Sequence record: NC_048170.1
DNA: 64,000 bases
Reading direction: 5' to 3' (one strand)
The first letter of the stretch is position 1. Every line of letters begins with the position of its first letter. Shown here in pieces: positions 18,953 through 29,596 of this stretch. The translations under genes and the position numbers were made by a program. The notes beneath the pieces are model-generated. The model saw only the letters and a list, made by a program, of their open reading frames with translations, made no database searches and was not told the DNA's origin.

Positions 18953-21034
18953 ATGTTGGATAGAATCAATCGTTTAATGAACCGAATAACGGTTAAAAAT
19001 CAGAGTAACAATAGCGTGCATATCGGGGGTATCGATGCCTGGCGTCTTTCAGATGACATTCAGCGAATATGGGGTACCTCCCGATTTATGAAACATATGT
19101 TTCGTAATTTCTCTTCTAGTGGACTCAGTCTCCACAACTTTTACCTTCTCGATTTCGTTTATATTCTCGAAACGATCGTCGAAGCAAAGAATACCCGCAG
19201 TAATAAACGCATGCTGAAACACCTTATTGAGGTACTGCTGCAGGAAACCTGGTTGCAAAATACCACAATCGAGCAACCTGCAATCCTCGATAAAGCACGC
19301 ATGAACAAAATGCTAACGCTCTCCCTGTTCGATTATCAAGATGAGTTTATCGACATCTATAACCGTAACGTACCTAAATATCGACTGAAAGGATACGTGT
19401 GTGCGATGGGTGCGGGTGCTGGTAAAACAATCACCGCATTGGCTTTAAGCGCCGCAATGAACGTCGACGTATTTGTGGTCTGCTGTCCTAAGAACACCAT
19501 GCGTTCAGCATGGCAATCCGATGTAAACAAAGCCATCGTTGACCTCGCGACAGAAACCGCATTCTGGTCAGATACAATGCCACCATCACAGCTGCAGAAA
19601 AGCGATAAGTATTATTTTCTGCATTACGAGTCGATGGGTTTATTAAACGATGTAATGATCAAGCATAAACGCACCGCGAAGCGCGTGTTGATCGTGGTTG
19701 ATGAAAGCCATAACTTCAACGACAAGAACAGCCAACGTTCCCAACGACTGGTTGATCTCGTACAGACGATGCGTCAGACCATGAATGCGGATGTGCATGT
19801 CTTGTTTATGTCGGGTACGCCCGTTAAACAGATGGGTTCTGAGATGATCCCCTGTTTAGGTTGTATCGATCCGATGTTCCAAGGACAAGTGGTCGATAGC
19901 TTCAAAGCAATTTACGGTTTAACCAGCAGTCGCGCTAACGATATCCTCAGACATCGTCTTGGGTTCATGATGCATGTCGTACCTAAAGAGGCTTACCGTA
20001 AAACCCGTCCGGAAGTTCAGGATGTTTACGTGAAGCTTCCTAATGGTAGCGATTATACCATCTCGAGTATCCGCGACGACATGGCGATATTTGTACGCGA
20101 TCGGGCGAAGTATTACAAGGATAACTGGGGGCATTACAGAAAGATTTTTGATGACGCCTTGGACTACTATCGCAAGACTATTCGTACCGATGGTGAACGT
20201 AAAGAGCTATCTCGATACGAATCGATTGTTGCTCGTTTCCAGAAAGGTTACGACCCCGTCAGAGACAAAGAAGATGCGATGTTCTGCAACGTGTTTGAAA
20301 AACGAGCGATCATGCCGGTTCTTCCTTCTGATTTAAGGGTTGCTTTCAAAGACGCCAAGAGCGTCATCAAGTACGTTGGGTTGAAAATTCAGGGTGAAGC
20401 GTTGGCGCGTGTTCTAGGTGCAGCCCGCATTCGGTGTCATGTCGACATGGTGGAGTACATCGACTTCGAAGGGTACATCAACAACGCTGAAGCCAAGGTG
20501 TTGATCTTCACGTCGTACGTTCAGGTGGTTGAGCGCGTCGACAACATGCTTCGTGATGCGGGTTTCTTACCTGAACCCATTTACGGGAAGACCAACAAAA
20601 ACATCAACCAGATACTTGCTCGTCTACGCGATGATCCTGACAGCGGTCCCGCTATCGCAACATTTGATAGCTTAGCTGAAGGGGTTCCGATGCTGATGTG
20701 TAACGTCGGCCTTTTCCTGAACAATCCATGGCGCTCATCCGATGAAATCCAAGCCATCAGCCGTCTCGACCGTGTCGGGCAAACGCAGCCTGTTCGGATT
20801 TATCGTTTCATGTTGGATACAGGAAGCGAGGGTAACGTTTCTACACGTAGCCACGAAATCATGGAGTTAAGTCGACAGCTTGTTGAAGAAATCACGGGTG
20901 TCAAATATGTAGTGAACAAGCAAGACGATGTTAACTTGCAAGAAACGTTGGCGATGGAAGGATACGATCAATACGTTACCGTAAACACCACGGAATACGA
21001 TATTAAACCGCGACCTGCATTCTTGGAATGGTGA
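18953..21034 (+). CDS. SNF2-like superfamily 2 helicase/ATPase
   Basis: MGAGAGKT Walker A, VVDESH, MSGTP and QAISRLDRVGQ motif VI; the track GTG start at 18905 lies within a hairpin. Confidence 0.85.
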   Translation: MLDRINRLMNRITVKNQSNNSVHIGGIDAWRLSDDIQRIWGTSRFMKHMFRNFSSSGLSLHNFYLLDFVYILETIVEAKNTRSNKRMLKHLIEVLLQETWLQNTTIEQPAILDKARMNKMLTLSLFDYQDEFIDIYNRNVPKYRLKGYVCAMGAGAGKTITALALSAAMNVDVFVVCCPKNTMRSAWQSDVNKAIVDLATETAFWSDTMPPSQLQKSDKYYFLHYESMGLLNDVMIKHKRTAKRVLIVVDESHNFNDKNSQRSQRLVDLVQTMRQTMNADVHVLFMSGTPVKQMGSEMIPCLGCIDPMFQGQVVDSFKAIYGLTSSRANDILRHRLGFMMHVVPKEAYRKTRPEVQDVYVKLPNGSDYTISSIRDDMAIFVRDRAKYYKDNWGHYRKIFDDALDYYRKTIRTDGERKELSRYESIVARFQKGYDPVRDKEDAMFCNVFEKRAIMPVLPSDLRVAFKDAKSVIKYVGLKIQGEALARVLGAARIRCHVDMVEYIDFEGYINNAEAKVLIFTSYVQVVERVDNMLRDAGFLPEPIYGKTNKNINQILARLRDDPDSGPAIATFDSLAEGVPMLMCNVGLFLNNPWRSSDEIQAISRLDRVGQTQPVRIYRFMLDTGSEGNVSTRSHEIMELSRQLVEEITGVKYVVNKQDDVNLQETLAMEGYDQYVTVNTTEYDIKPRPAFLEW

Positions 21035-21039
21035 TTAAG

Positions 21040-21067
21040 AAGCTCTGCCTGACATCAGGCAGAGCTT
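21040..21067. terminator. 13-bp inverted repeat (terminator-like)
   Basis: AAGCTCTGCCTGA-ca-TCAGGCAGAGCTT immediately after the helicase stop. Confidence 0.55.
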
Positions 21068-21133
21068 CATGCTGTATTTGTTGCAAGATCGTATGACGTA
21101 TATGCGTCGTACTTATTTAATAGGACAGAATAA

Positions 21134-22585
21134 ATGAAACTCAAACAAAGCTGGAAAGACGAACTCCTTGCGCTAGTAAACAGCAAAAACAGCTTACAAC
21201 TGACGTTAGACGATGTAAAATTTGAACTGACGGCACCGGTAAGCGAAGTGCCTGGAACGGTTGTTGTTACGATCAAACCGAACGACGATAGCCGTTACTT
21301 TAACGAGCAATCTCTGACCTACGTTCGTCGAGACATCGCTAAAAACTTCACCGGGATCCCGTTACGGGTTATCGTTAAAAATGATACCGCCGTAAGGGAT
21401 ATCATCAATACGATCGCTGAACGTTACGGATTAGTATTTGACACAACCGTCGACTTCCTCGAATCCGAGCTGAATAAACAAATTACGTTCGCAGACACCG
21501 GTATTAAAGACATTACGGTTCCGGTTGCAAACACGTCTTATGTTTGGGCGGGTAATCTTCAGTTCAATATCGCTAACGATACGTTGAGCTTGATTACGAT
21601 CATCAAGCAAACCAATCTTACGAATCTGGTTTATCTGGATGGTGTTGAAGCTGACACATCGGGTTCGTTACTATTAGCAACAACCTCGGTTATCGGCGAA
21701 AACGGAAATGCCGAAACAACTGAAGGTGTCCTTGACGCCGCGTACTTCCAGAATATCCTGAACGTCATGGTTCGTTATGGTGATATTAACAGCGAACAAA
21801 TGCAACAAGCAATGCAGACAATTAACCAAAGCGAAGACGCTCGTAGAGTAGAAGTGCGGTCATACGGTGACGCCGAGTTACTGGTAACCACCAAGAAAGA
21901 TTGGGTTATCGGTAGCCTTAAGGGTGCTATGGTTGTTGGTCACGCTTCACCTAAACCGATCCAATACGTTCTTAAAACAAAAGGCGGCACCATTATATTG
22001 TCATTAGATGGTTGGACAAATGTCAATATCGATTGGGGTGATGGGAATAAGACGACGCAGGACTCAGGCGATAATGAATATCAGCACAATTATGCTGACA
22101 CTACAGAACGTACAATCGTCGCTACGGGTACCCCTACCAACACTGAAGATACAGACGTACAGCAAAGCTTCACCGGTGGTAACATCACTGAAATCGTTGA
22201 CTGGAACAACGGATTACCTAAGGCCCCATCATTCCTTGCGGCGAACAGTTTAATTAAGGTTCCCGATTATATCCCGGCATATTGGACGTCGTTAGAAAGT
22301 ATGTTTACGCGATGCAGCGCTATTAACGACGTGAGCATCACCAAATGGAACACCCGCAACGTTACTTCAATGAAGGACCTCTTCTACGGTTGCGCTACGT
22401 TCAACCAACCGATCGGTTCGTGGGATGTTTCGTCTGTTAAGAATGCAGACAATATGTTGTCTGGGTGCTTCGCGTTCAATCAGGATCTGAGTGGTTGGAC
22501 ATTCCCGGCAGGCACTTCACACATCAACTACGACGGCATGACCGCCGCATGGCAGCCTGATCACAAACCACGCTTCACCGAGTAA
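21134..22585 (+). CDS. probable virion (tail-associated) protein with PKD-like and BspA/DUF285-like C-terminus
   Basis: N-terminus resembles phiKZ-like virion protein modules (LTY.RRDI). IDWGDG is followed by WNTRNVTSM..LF.GC..FNQPIGSWDVSSV..M..GC..FNQDLSGW repeats. Confidence 0.7.
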   Translation: MKLKQSWKDELLALVNSKNSLQLTLDDVKFELTAPVSEVPGTVVVTIKPNDDSRYFNEQSLTYVRRDIAKNFTGIPLRVIVKNDTAVRDIINTIAERYGLVFDTTVDFLESELNKQITFADTGIKDITVPVANTSYVWAGNLQFNIANDTLSLITIIKQTNLTNLVYLDGVEADTSGSLLLATTSVIGENGNAETTEGVLDAAYFQNILNVMVRYGDINSEQMQQAMQTINQSEDARRVEVRSYGDAELLVTTKKDWVIGSLKGAMVVGHASPKPIQYVLKTKGGTIILSLDGWTNVNIDWGDGNKTTQDSGDNEYQHNYADTTERTIVATGTPTNTEDTDVQQSFTGGNITEIVDWNNGLPKAPSFLAANSLIKVPDYIPAYWTSLESMFTRCSAINDVSITKWNTRNVTSMKDLFYGCATFNQPIGSWDVSSVKNADNMLSGCFAFNQDLSGWTFPAGTSHINYDGMTAAWQPDHKPRFTE

Positions 22586-22600
22586 AAAAAAAAATAGTTA

Positions 22601-22640
22601 GCATATCTTCCTCCCTACCCATAACGGGCGGGGAGGAAGG
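22601..22640. terminator. bidirectional terminator between convergent genes
   Basis: CTTCCTCCC...GGGAGGAAG hairpin; TTTATG on plus, TATGC plus an 11-nt T run (22584-22594) on minus. Confidence 0.65.
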
Positions 22641-22656
22641 TTTATGACGATTTAAT

Positions 22657-22995
22657 TTAGAACCAGAGTTCTTTCATGAAGTAGGCTTCCACATCGTAGA
22701 TAAGCCATTCGTCAGGGATTTCTAAAGGATCGTCTTCGGTTAAGGTCAGCATGTGTAAGGCGAACGCACGCTTAATATCGTTCAGCAGTTTCTCGTCGTC
22801 GTAACCTTCTGGTAGTTTACGGTCTACCAGCTGGGTTTGTTTATAGACATCGCGGAACGCTTCAGGGTTGTGTTTATCCATCGGGAATTGTTCAGCAGCC
22901 TGAACCATCGAAAGCGTCCAGCTTACAACATTGTAACGCTCACCGTTAATTTCACTGAACTGATCATCGATTAAACAAATTTGTTGTACGTTCAT
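22657..22995 (-). CDS. hypothetical protein
   Basis: 112-aa ORF with ATGA coupling. Confidence 0.7.
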   Translation of the reverse strand: MNVQQICLIDDQFSEINGERYNVVSWTLSMVQAAEQFPMDKHNPEAFRDVYKQTQLVDRKLPEGYDDEKLLNDIKRAFALHMLTLTEDDPLEIPDEWLIYDVEAYFMKELWF

Positions 22996-23912
22996 TCATT
23001 TTCTCCATTCTTATCTTGGTCGCAATCACACTCTTCGACGTCTTTCTTACTTAAACGTAAGACACTGAGTGCAGCACGCTTAAGTTCTTGCAACGCGCTT
23101 TTCAGCTGACCTTCTTCATCGAAATCAAAATACTTCTCGTTGTAGCTTAATGCTGGAATCATATTTACGAGAGGTTCGATGGCGGGCATCAGCATTTCAA
23201 TGACGACCTTAGGATCAACAAAGCGTTCGAACCCTTCAGGAAGTTTGCTCGCTACAACCTTATCGTTTTTGATGTAGAATTTGTTCTTGAACAAATCGTC
23301 AAGAATAGCATTCTCTTCATCCGTACGTTTTGCGTGAGGACGATCGATCATCTGCACAAACACATCGCTCAACGCTTCAGGCAACGTCGGATTTTCACGA
23401 AGATAAGTTCCGGCCGGAATTTCAATATCGATCTTCGTCCACTCAACAACCTGGTGGTCTCGCGTATAGATGACGTCAACTTCCCATGCCAGGCCATCAG
23501 CGCTTTCTACGGTGTAACGTGTTTTCGCCTGGCCTTCAGGAGCCATGCGCTCGATCGCGTCAAACATCTCGACTGGGATTTCGACTTCGCTTTCCGTTGC
23601 ATCACCTGGACCACGATACACCTTCGTGGTCATGATGTATTTCGGCTCTTCGTTATCGATCTGTATCGCACGTGCGCGCACCTGACCTTTCACACCACCA
23701 ACGGCTGTGTTATCAAACAACCATTGATGTTGCACCATATGTTCGATTTTTGATGCGACTTGACGAAGACGTTCAACACCGTCTTCAGCCAGTTTACCAA
23801 AGAAGACCAGCTCACGTTCCTGCTGTGTCTCACCACTTAACATCATTAGATTGGCGATTTGTTTCACGCCTCTTACTTGTGACATACATGCTCCGGTTAT
23901 AAGGGCCTGCAT
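22992..23912 (-). CDS. CYTH/triphosphate tunnel metalloenzyme-like protein
   Basis: ERELVF, VRAR, MTTKV, ESEVEI, KTRY, WEVDV and KIDIEI match CYTH motif order. Confidence 0.65.
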   Translation of the reverse strand: MQALITGACMSQVRGVKQIANLMMLSGETQQERELVFFGKLAEDGVERLRQVASKIEHMVQHQWLFDNTAVGGVKGQVRARAIQIDNEEPKYIMTTKVYRGPGDATESEVEIPVEMFDAIERMAPEGQAKTRYTVESADGLAWEVDVIYTRDHQVVEWTKIDIEIPAGTYLRENPTLPEALSDVFVQMIDRPHAKRTDEENAILDDLFKNKFYIKNDKVVASKLPEGFERFVDPKVVIEMLMPAIEPLVNMIPALSYNEKYFDFDEEGQLKSALQELKRAALSVLRLSKKDVEECDCDQDKNGENE

Positions 23913-23953
23913 CTAGGCCCTTCATTGATTTTTGATTCCACCAAACGCTATCG

Positions 23954-25528
23954 TTACAATTCAAAATCTTCATCGATAACACGCTGGGTAAGCACCTTGT
24001 CGCTGAAGAACTCCACCTTGCGCTGATGGTATTTACGGTGCGCTTCGATAGATGTACATACCAGATACCAGAACGTTGGTGTCATTCCTTCGAACTTCCC
24101 TTTCAGCTGACGTAGGCGTCCCAATACCTGAATGTTACCGGTTCGTGACCCCATCGCTAACGTCATGAACGTCATCACCAAGTCAGGGAGGTCGATACCT
24201 GTACCTGCCGATTTCACCGTCGTAACGCTGATATCGTTATCCAACAAGACCATGAAATCTTCTTCAGCAGTATAAGGACCAATCTCTAACTCAGGAATAC
24301 GTTCACTGAGATAATGCGATAACGACTTACACATATCAACGGTTGCACAATACACCAGCATCTTCATGCCTTCCTGATACTGGTTCATGAAACCTTTGAT
24401 GATAACGGTATAGATAAAGTTGAAATAGGCGAGTTTGAGTTGCTTGTTCTTCATGATAGACTGTTCGAATATCGTGTGAGAATAAGAACCCCCAAAGCCT
24501 TTGTATCTGACTTTATCTGTACTGCGTAATCGATACGTTACCGCATTTACCGCAATGTATTTCTTGTATTCGCATTTCGCATAACGTGCTTCTTTCGGAT
24601 ACATCAAATACAACATCCGTTCGATGAACGGATCGTCGGACACTGCCGTTGCTGACAGATAGATGATTTCCGGAATATTCGCGTAACACTTCACTTTGAA
24701 CAAGAAATGCAATGCTTCGTGACATTCATCATGGATTAACAACCCAATGCCTGTTTTCTCCCAGAACTCGACAGGATGGAAAACATAAGGTGCGACACAG
24801 TTGTTCTTTTCATAATCGGTTATGTATCTCTGAAACATGTTCAGCGAGAATAACGCAATTTTGAAATCCAGCTCACCTTGTTCCACCAACGTCTGGAATT
24901 CCAGCATGCTGTAACGAGGAATGTCTGGATGTGGTGGGTCAGATTGAGCTGTGCCACGTATCTCGATAACATCGCCCGGTTCCATACCGAAGAAACTTAG
25001 CAGTGAGCTACGCCAACCAGGCATGTATCTCGGTGACAGGATAATACCCGTCCGTACACCGCGTCGGAAGGTGATCTCCTGCGACATGGCTGTTTTACCA
25101 GACCCCGTGCCTGCGGTGTTTAAGCTCATTCTGAAGGGGGTATCCTTACCCCCGTCCATGTACTCCAACCATTCTTGTTGATCTTCACGCCACGGAAACT
25201 TCCATTTCTTTACGAACTCCACTTCCTTACCTGGCACTGGATCGTGATAAACGATTTCCAACCACTCTTTTCGGATTCCTCGAGAGAAGATAAAATCCAA
25301 AAACGATTTCAACTGTTCGCGGAGTAAGTATACCTCGCTATAATCGCTTCTCGCTGCGGCATACGTGTTTATGGTATCGGTAACCATTCTCCGTGTACGA
25401 GGGTCACGCCGTTTCCTCAGATGCAAACAACGGTCTCGAAGGTAATGGCCGATAAGATGGGCAAATCGAAGTCCGTATCCGCTCAGCCTCATGCCATGCG
25501 AGAAGACGTCGATACGAGCTAACTTCAT
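23954..25528 (-). CDS. SF2 (DEAD/DEAH-like) helicase, phiKZ gp75-like
   Basis: AGTGSGKT, IHDECH, LSATA, GTGIDLPDL and QVLGRLR; follows nvRNAP beta'-C. Confidence 0.88.
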   Translation of the reverse strand: MKLARIDVFSHGMRLSGYGLRFAHLIGHYLRDRCLHLRKRRDPRTRRMVTDTINTYAAARSDYSEVYLLREQLKSFLDFIFSRGIRKEWLEIVYHDPVPGKEVEFVKKWKFPWREDQQEWLEYMDGGKDTPFRMSLNTAGTGSGKTAMSQEITFRRGVRTGIILSPRYMPGWRSSLLSFFGMEPGDVIEIRGTAQSDPPHPDIPRYSMLEFQTLVEQGELDFKIALFSLNMFQRYITDYEKNNCVAPYVFHPVEFWEKTGIGLLIHDECHEALHFLFKVKCYANIPEIIYLSATAVSDDPFIERMLYLMYPKEARYAKCEYKKYIAVNAVTYRLRSTDKVRYKGFGGSYSHTIFEQSIMKNKQLKLAYFNFIYTVIIKGFMNQYQEGMKMLVYCATVDMCKSLSHYLSERIPELEIGPYTAEEDFMVLLDNDISVTTVKSAGTGIDLPDLVMTFMTLAMGSRTGNIQVLGRLRQLKGKFEGMTPTFWYLVCTSIEAHRKYHQRKVEFFSDKVLTQRVIDEDFEL

Positions 25529-27531
25529 AACGTGATTACATCCTCCGGTTTAGGTTCTTTACGCGGTAAAAGCATGTAGTCGATCGGATGATCCGGCTTC
25601 ATGGTTGGGATATAACTGTTCGGGTTTTGGAACGCATCCAGTTGCTCTTGGTGAGCGAACTTCATACTCAAGGAGCGCATGTTCATGTTCTTCTTGAAGG
25701 TACTGAAGTATCGTGTTGTTCCCTGTTTCGGCATGCGATAATCTTTCGTGTGTGGTGAACGAATCATGCTGGCGTAGAGAATAACATCGAGATGCGAAAG
25801 GTTCATTCGCAGACGCTGGGCACACAGACGATGCCAATAGTACAGCACGTTTGCAACTTCTTCCGGTGTCGCTTCGTCTTCCGAAAGGAATCCGGCACTG
25901 AAAGAACCTTTCCCGAATTTGAATTCACGTTCGATTTCTTTTGCGTATTCCATCATGTTTTTGTGGATTAACGGCATCTGGAATAACGTACGTGAATTGT
26001 CCCAATGTTTCAAGTCGAAAATCACAATCCCGTCAGACGTCACTTCCCAGCTATGGCGTTTAAGATAACGGATAAACGCTTTACTCGGGACAACGGGACG
26101 TCCACAGAAATCGAAATTGACTTTGAGCTTACGGTAGCTTTCATCTTTCCTGTCGTAAATCTCCATATCACAAAGCGTCATGTTAAACAGGCGTTGCGGT
26201 ATCAGCGAACTGATTTCTTCCGCTTCCGCTACATCGTACAACATGTTCGCAAGACCTAACTTCATCTTAATCAGCACGTGTTTACCTTTCAGCTCACGTG
26301 CGAGTTTGATGTCGTTCATATTCTGGCTGTAGCGAAGGATATGTTGATATTCCGGTGGGATTGGTGCTGTGGATACCGTTGACGAACCATCATGGTGTTT
26401 GGTAGAAAGAATGTTCTGCGTTACCTGTTGCGAACAGGTACGCGCTGCGCCATCGCCGACATTATCGGTTAGTGCGAAGTTATGACTTAATTCACCGTAA
26501 CACGTCGTACATACCCCAGCAGGATCGGGATGATGACAATAGTTAACGGAGCGCATACGCACTGTGGTGCCGATCAATTCTTTCATGTGTGGTTGTATCG
26601 CTACCAACGAACCGTCATCGCGAATAATGAATCGACCGTGGAAGCCACGCAGGTCGGTCTCATCACGGATTGGCATCGGGATGGTCTCTTTACTACCACA
26701 ATCTCCAGGATGGAGTCGTTGTACAACCGCTGTCGCTATCTGAAGTTCACGACCGAAATATTCAGACTTCTTGATCTGCTCTTTGTTGAACAGCAACGAC
26801 TTCGCCGCAGAACGACTTTCTTTCAAGCTGTCGGGAAGAGAGATCAAACCTGCCGCGTACGACCGCATTACTGGATCACGGAATATCTCGGAGTTAATAT
26901 CGGTCAAGAATCCACGCATCCCAATACACTGCAGCACCTGCCCAATCGAAACGTGTTCGGTTCGTACCGCACGCGCAATAGGGTTTGCGTGTAACGTTTT
27001 ATCGGTGCTCAGTACCTTGGTCAGTTTCTTGTATGCGCTTTCGATACCTTCACGGGTGGGTTCCGCTTCGGCGATGATTTTCTTAACTTCAGGATGTACG
27101 GTAATCTGATAAAAATCATCCGCGCAAATAGTCGTTACGTATTCCTCCAGCGCATACGTAAAGAAGTTATATACATTGTTAAACATATCGAACAATGCTT
27201 TCCAGAGAACCTCACGATTCTCTTGTGGATAAGCATACATGCATTGACGATACGCGGCGCTTTGCAACGCAACCGACGAACCAGCAGTAAACTTGCGTTT
27301 ATCGACCAGGTTCTCTTTTGTCAATGGTGTCTCAGGATACATGCGATGCACAGACCAGTGCATGTAACTAAAGAAAATGCGTCGCGCACGCAATTCATGA
27401 ACGCCATCGTCCATCTCGATATATACACGGTCATTAGGCTGTGCCCACTCGAATACTTCATCAACCGGCCAGTGCATAAGCTCGCGTGCCCTCACACGAC
27501 GTTTCGTGGTGGTCGTCTGTGTTATAGTCAT
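25525..27531 (-). CDS. non-virion RNAP beta'-like subunit, C-terminal part (phiKZ gp74-like)
   Basis: QCIGMRG, ESRSAAKSLL, DCGS, C.HPDP.GVC.TCYG Zn site and QNILSTKH trigger-loop region. Confidence 0.9.
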   Translation of the reverse strand: MTITQTTTTKRRVRARELMHWPVDEVFEWAQPNDRVYIEMDDGVHELRARRIFFSYMHWSVHRMYPETPLTKENLVDKRKFTAGSSVALQSAAYRQCMYAYPQENREVLWKALFDMFNNVYNFFTYALEEYVTTICADDFYQITVHPEVKKIIAEAEPTREGIESAYKKLTKVLSTDKTLHANPIARAVRTEHVSIGQVLQCIGMRGFLTDINSEIFRDPVMRSYAAGLISLPDSLKESRSAAKSLLFNKEQIKKSEYFGRELQIATAVVQRLHPGDCGSKETIPMPIRDETDLRGFHGRFIIRDDGSLVAIQPHMKELIGTTVRMRSVNYCHHPDPAGVCTTCYGELSHNFALTDNVGDGAARTCSQQVTQNILSTKHHDGSSTVSTAPIPPEYQHILRYSQNMNDIKLARELKGKHVLIKMKLGLANMLYDVAEAEEISSLIPQRLFNMTLCDMEIYDRKDESYRKLKVNFDFCGRPVVPSKAFIRYLKRHSWEVTSDGIVIFDLKHWDNSRTLFQMPLIHKNMMEYAKEIEREFKFGKGSFSAGFLSEDEATPEEVANVLYYWHRLCAQRLRMNLSHLDVILYASMIRSPHTKDYRMPKQGTTRYFSTFKKNMNMRSLSMKFAHQEQLDAFQNPNSYIPTMKPDHPIDYMLLPRKEPKPEDVITL

Positions 27532-27676
27532 TATTGCTTTCCGATTTAAATGGTTTTATCATACGGTTTACCAAATCCGTTGGACTTTACTATCGTTGTG
27601 ATAGCATTGGGAATCCCTTCCCTTAGGTTATGTAGGTGTTAATATATCTCCACTGCTGACCTTTATGTCGGCAGCA

Positions 27677-28162
27677 TTATCCAGCTTTCTGTTGTAAAGC
27701 GTATGGATCCATAGCGTCTGACATATCCGCAAAAACGGTGAGAATAAACCCCTTTATCTGTCTCACCTCGGTTACACGAAGCCCTTTATCATTGCGATAT
27801 ACGTTTTCTTCACCGACTAACTTTGGTCGAATAACATAAACTCCATCAACAAGCGGGAATGTCGGATACGGATAAATACCAATACGAATGATGTTTGGGC
27901 GATCGCCTAGAAGGTCACGTCCAAACTTATCGACTCGACCATAAATCGCCCCATCCGCACCTTCCACCTCAATGAGATCGTTTCGAATATCCTGAAATAG
28001 CTGCTCTAACGTGTCGGCGGGATACGCATATGCGACGCCTAACGCTGGATCCTCAATGGTTTTGACACTGAATCCGTTAAGCCAAACAATCCGTTCATCC
28101 GCCCATGTTTCTTCATATACCGTTAATCCATCGCCGTATATGTTGGCGTGTGCTATCTCCAT
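27677..28162 (-). CDS. hypothetical protein
   Basis: 161-aa ORF. Confidence 0.7.
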   Translation of the reverse strand: MEIAHANIYGDGLTVYEETWADERIVWLNGFSVKTIEDPALGVAYAYPADTLEQLFQDIRNDLIEVEGADGAIYGRVDKFGRDLLGDRPNIIRIGIYPYPTFPLVDGVYVIRPKLVGEENVYRNDKGLRVTEVRQIKGFILTVFADMSDAMDPYALQQKAG

Positions 28163-28319
28163 AATCTCATTTCCTCTTATACGTTAGGATAGATGACATG
28201 TTTGATATACGTTGCCTTTGCATATATTGCTTTATTTCCGTCAGAAATAACGGAAAATAAAAACAACGACATAGTTCCCTCCCACCTCCACATGGGAGAG
28301 GGAGGGCTATTCGTGTTTA

Positions 28320-28682
28320 TTACTCTATGCTGTCTTCTTCAGCACAATCCTCTTCTGAACCATCGAACGTTTTCTGCACTGCAGTGGTATCCCAGTTGGC
28401 AGCGTAATCAGCCATCGCTTCGCGCAGTGCTTCCTCACCAGCATCACCGGCCAGGTCAAGTACAACCAAACCTTGCGCGACGTTTTGAGCGACAGTATCA
28501 ATAACGGTCGCATCTTCTTCAAAACTACGTACCGGTTCAATGGTGCCTACATCAACAGCATAGTTCGTGGTCGCTGTAAGCACGGCGACTTGTAGCGCAT
28601 CACTATCTTCATCGTGCAATGCTGCTTCAATACCGATTGGACGGGCCAGTTCTTGTAGTGTTAATTTGCGAATTAAGTTCAT
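28320..28682 (-). CDS. acidic hypothetical protein
   Basis: 120-aa ORF with GAGG RBS. Confidence 0.7.
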   Translation of the reverse strand: MNLIRKLTLQELARPIGIEAALHDEDSDALQVAVLTATTNYAVDVGTIEPVRSFEEDATVIDTVAQNVAQGLVVLDLAGDAGEEALREAMADYAANWDTTAVQKTFDGSEEDCAEEDSIE

Positions 28683-28704
28683 TATGTTTTTCCTCAGGTG
28701 AATG

Positions 28705-29055
28705 TTAGCAATCGTTTAAAACTTTTTCGATACGATGGTTGACGAATTCATTGAACGACTCTTCGGCTTGTTCGATAATTTCATCAACATCGATATCTAA
28801 TTGTTGGGGTTGGATGACATGCTCTTTCATGGTTTCTAGCCAGTATTCGGCTTTAACCATAACGTTAGCGACTTGTTCGACCTGACTGCGTATGTCGACG
28901 ATCTGGCAATCAGGATTGTTAATATCGATGATGTGTCCGTGGTGTTTGATAAACCCTAACTTATTCGACGCCCTTACCGCATCGCGGGCAAGCTCTTGCA
29001 AGATTAAATTATTTACATAGTTCACTGCTATGGAACGACTTTCTTTATCACTCAT
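28705..29055 (-). CDS. hypothetical protein
   Basis: 116-aa ORF. Confidence 0.7.
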   Translation of the reverse strand: MSDKESRSIAVNYVNNLILQELARDAVRASNKLGFIKHHGHIIDINNPDCQIVDIRSQVEQVANVMVKAEYWLETMKEHVIQPQQLDIDVDEIIEQAEESFNEFVNHRIEKVLNDC

Positions 29056-29124
29056 ACCAGGGATCCTCTTTTAAGTGTTCACATTCTAGTGTTAAGCAGT
29101 TAAAATAAACCGTCCCTTTAATCA

Positions 29125-29163
29125 GCATAAACATCCTCCTCCCACCACATGGGCAGGAGGAGG
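29125..29163 (-). terminator. intrinsic terminator
   Basis: CCTCCTCC...GGAGGAGG hairpin, then TTTATGC. Confidence 0.65.
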
Positions 29164-29174
29164 CGTAATATGCA

Positions 29175-29585
29175 TCAGAAAGGAGGACGATCTTTAAATT
29201 CTAACAACGTGTCTTCGAAGCAAGCGATGAGTTCAGACTGTAATTCGGTACGGCCTTGTTCACCGAAGAGTTCCAGCAACATTAACCCCCGAGCGGTCTT
29301 CGTAGCAACCTCTTCGCAGATGCGGAGATCGTGAACTTCATCATCGTTGACATCTTTACGCAACTGTGCCGCAATGGGCTTAAGATTGCCGTTTTCATCG
29401 TGTTCGTCACGAAATGCATCATAAGCCGCATCGATGTTCGCGATCCGTGTCAATCCTTCAGAATCCCGCCAATCTCGATATAATCCAAGAAGACGATTAT
29501 GATTCTTCGTTTTGACGTTCGGTGCTGGAAGGTTGCGCAACAGATGTGGCGTAATCATTGCTATCACGCTATCCGAATGATTCAT
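29175..29585 (-). CDS. hypothetical protein
   Basis: 136-aa ORF with GAGG RBS. Confidence 0.7.
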   Translation of the reverse strand: MNHSDSVIAMITPHLLRNLPAPNVKTKNHNRLLGLYRDWRDSEGLTRIANIDAAYDAFRDEHDENGNLKPIAAQLRKDVNDDEVHDLRICEEVATKTARGLMLLELFGEQGRTELQSELIACFEDTLLEFKDRPPF

Positions 29586-29596
29586 CGTATACCTCG

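Noticed and set aside
22584-22594. A11 homopolymer as a phase-variation tract
   Set aside because: It lies at and after the stop codon next to a terminator, so slippage would not change the protein.
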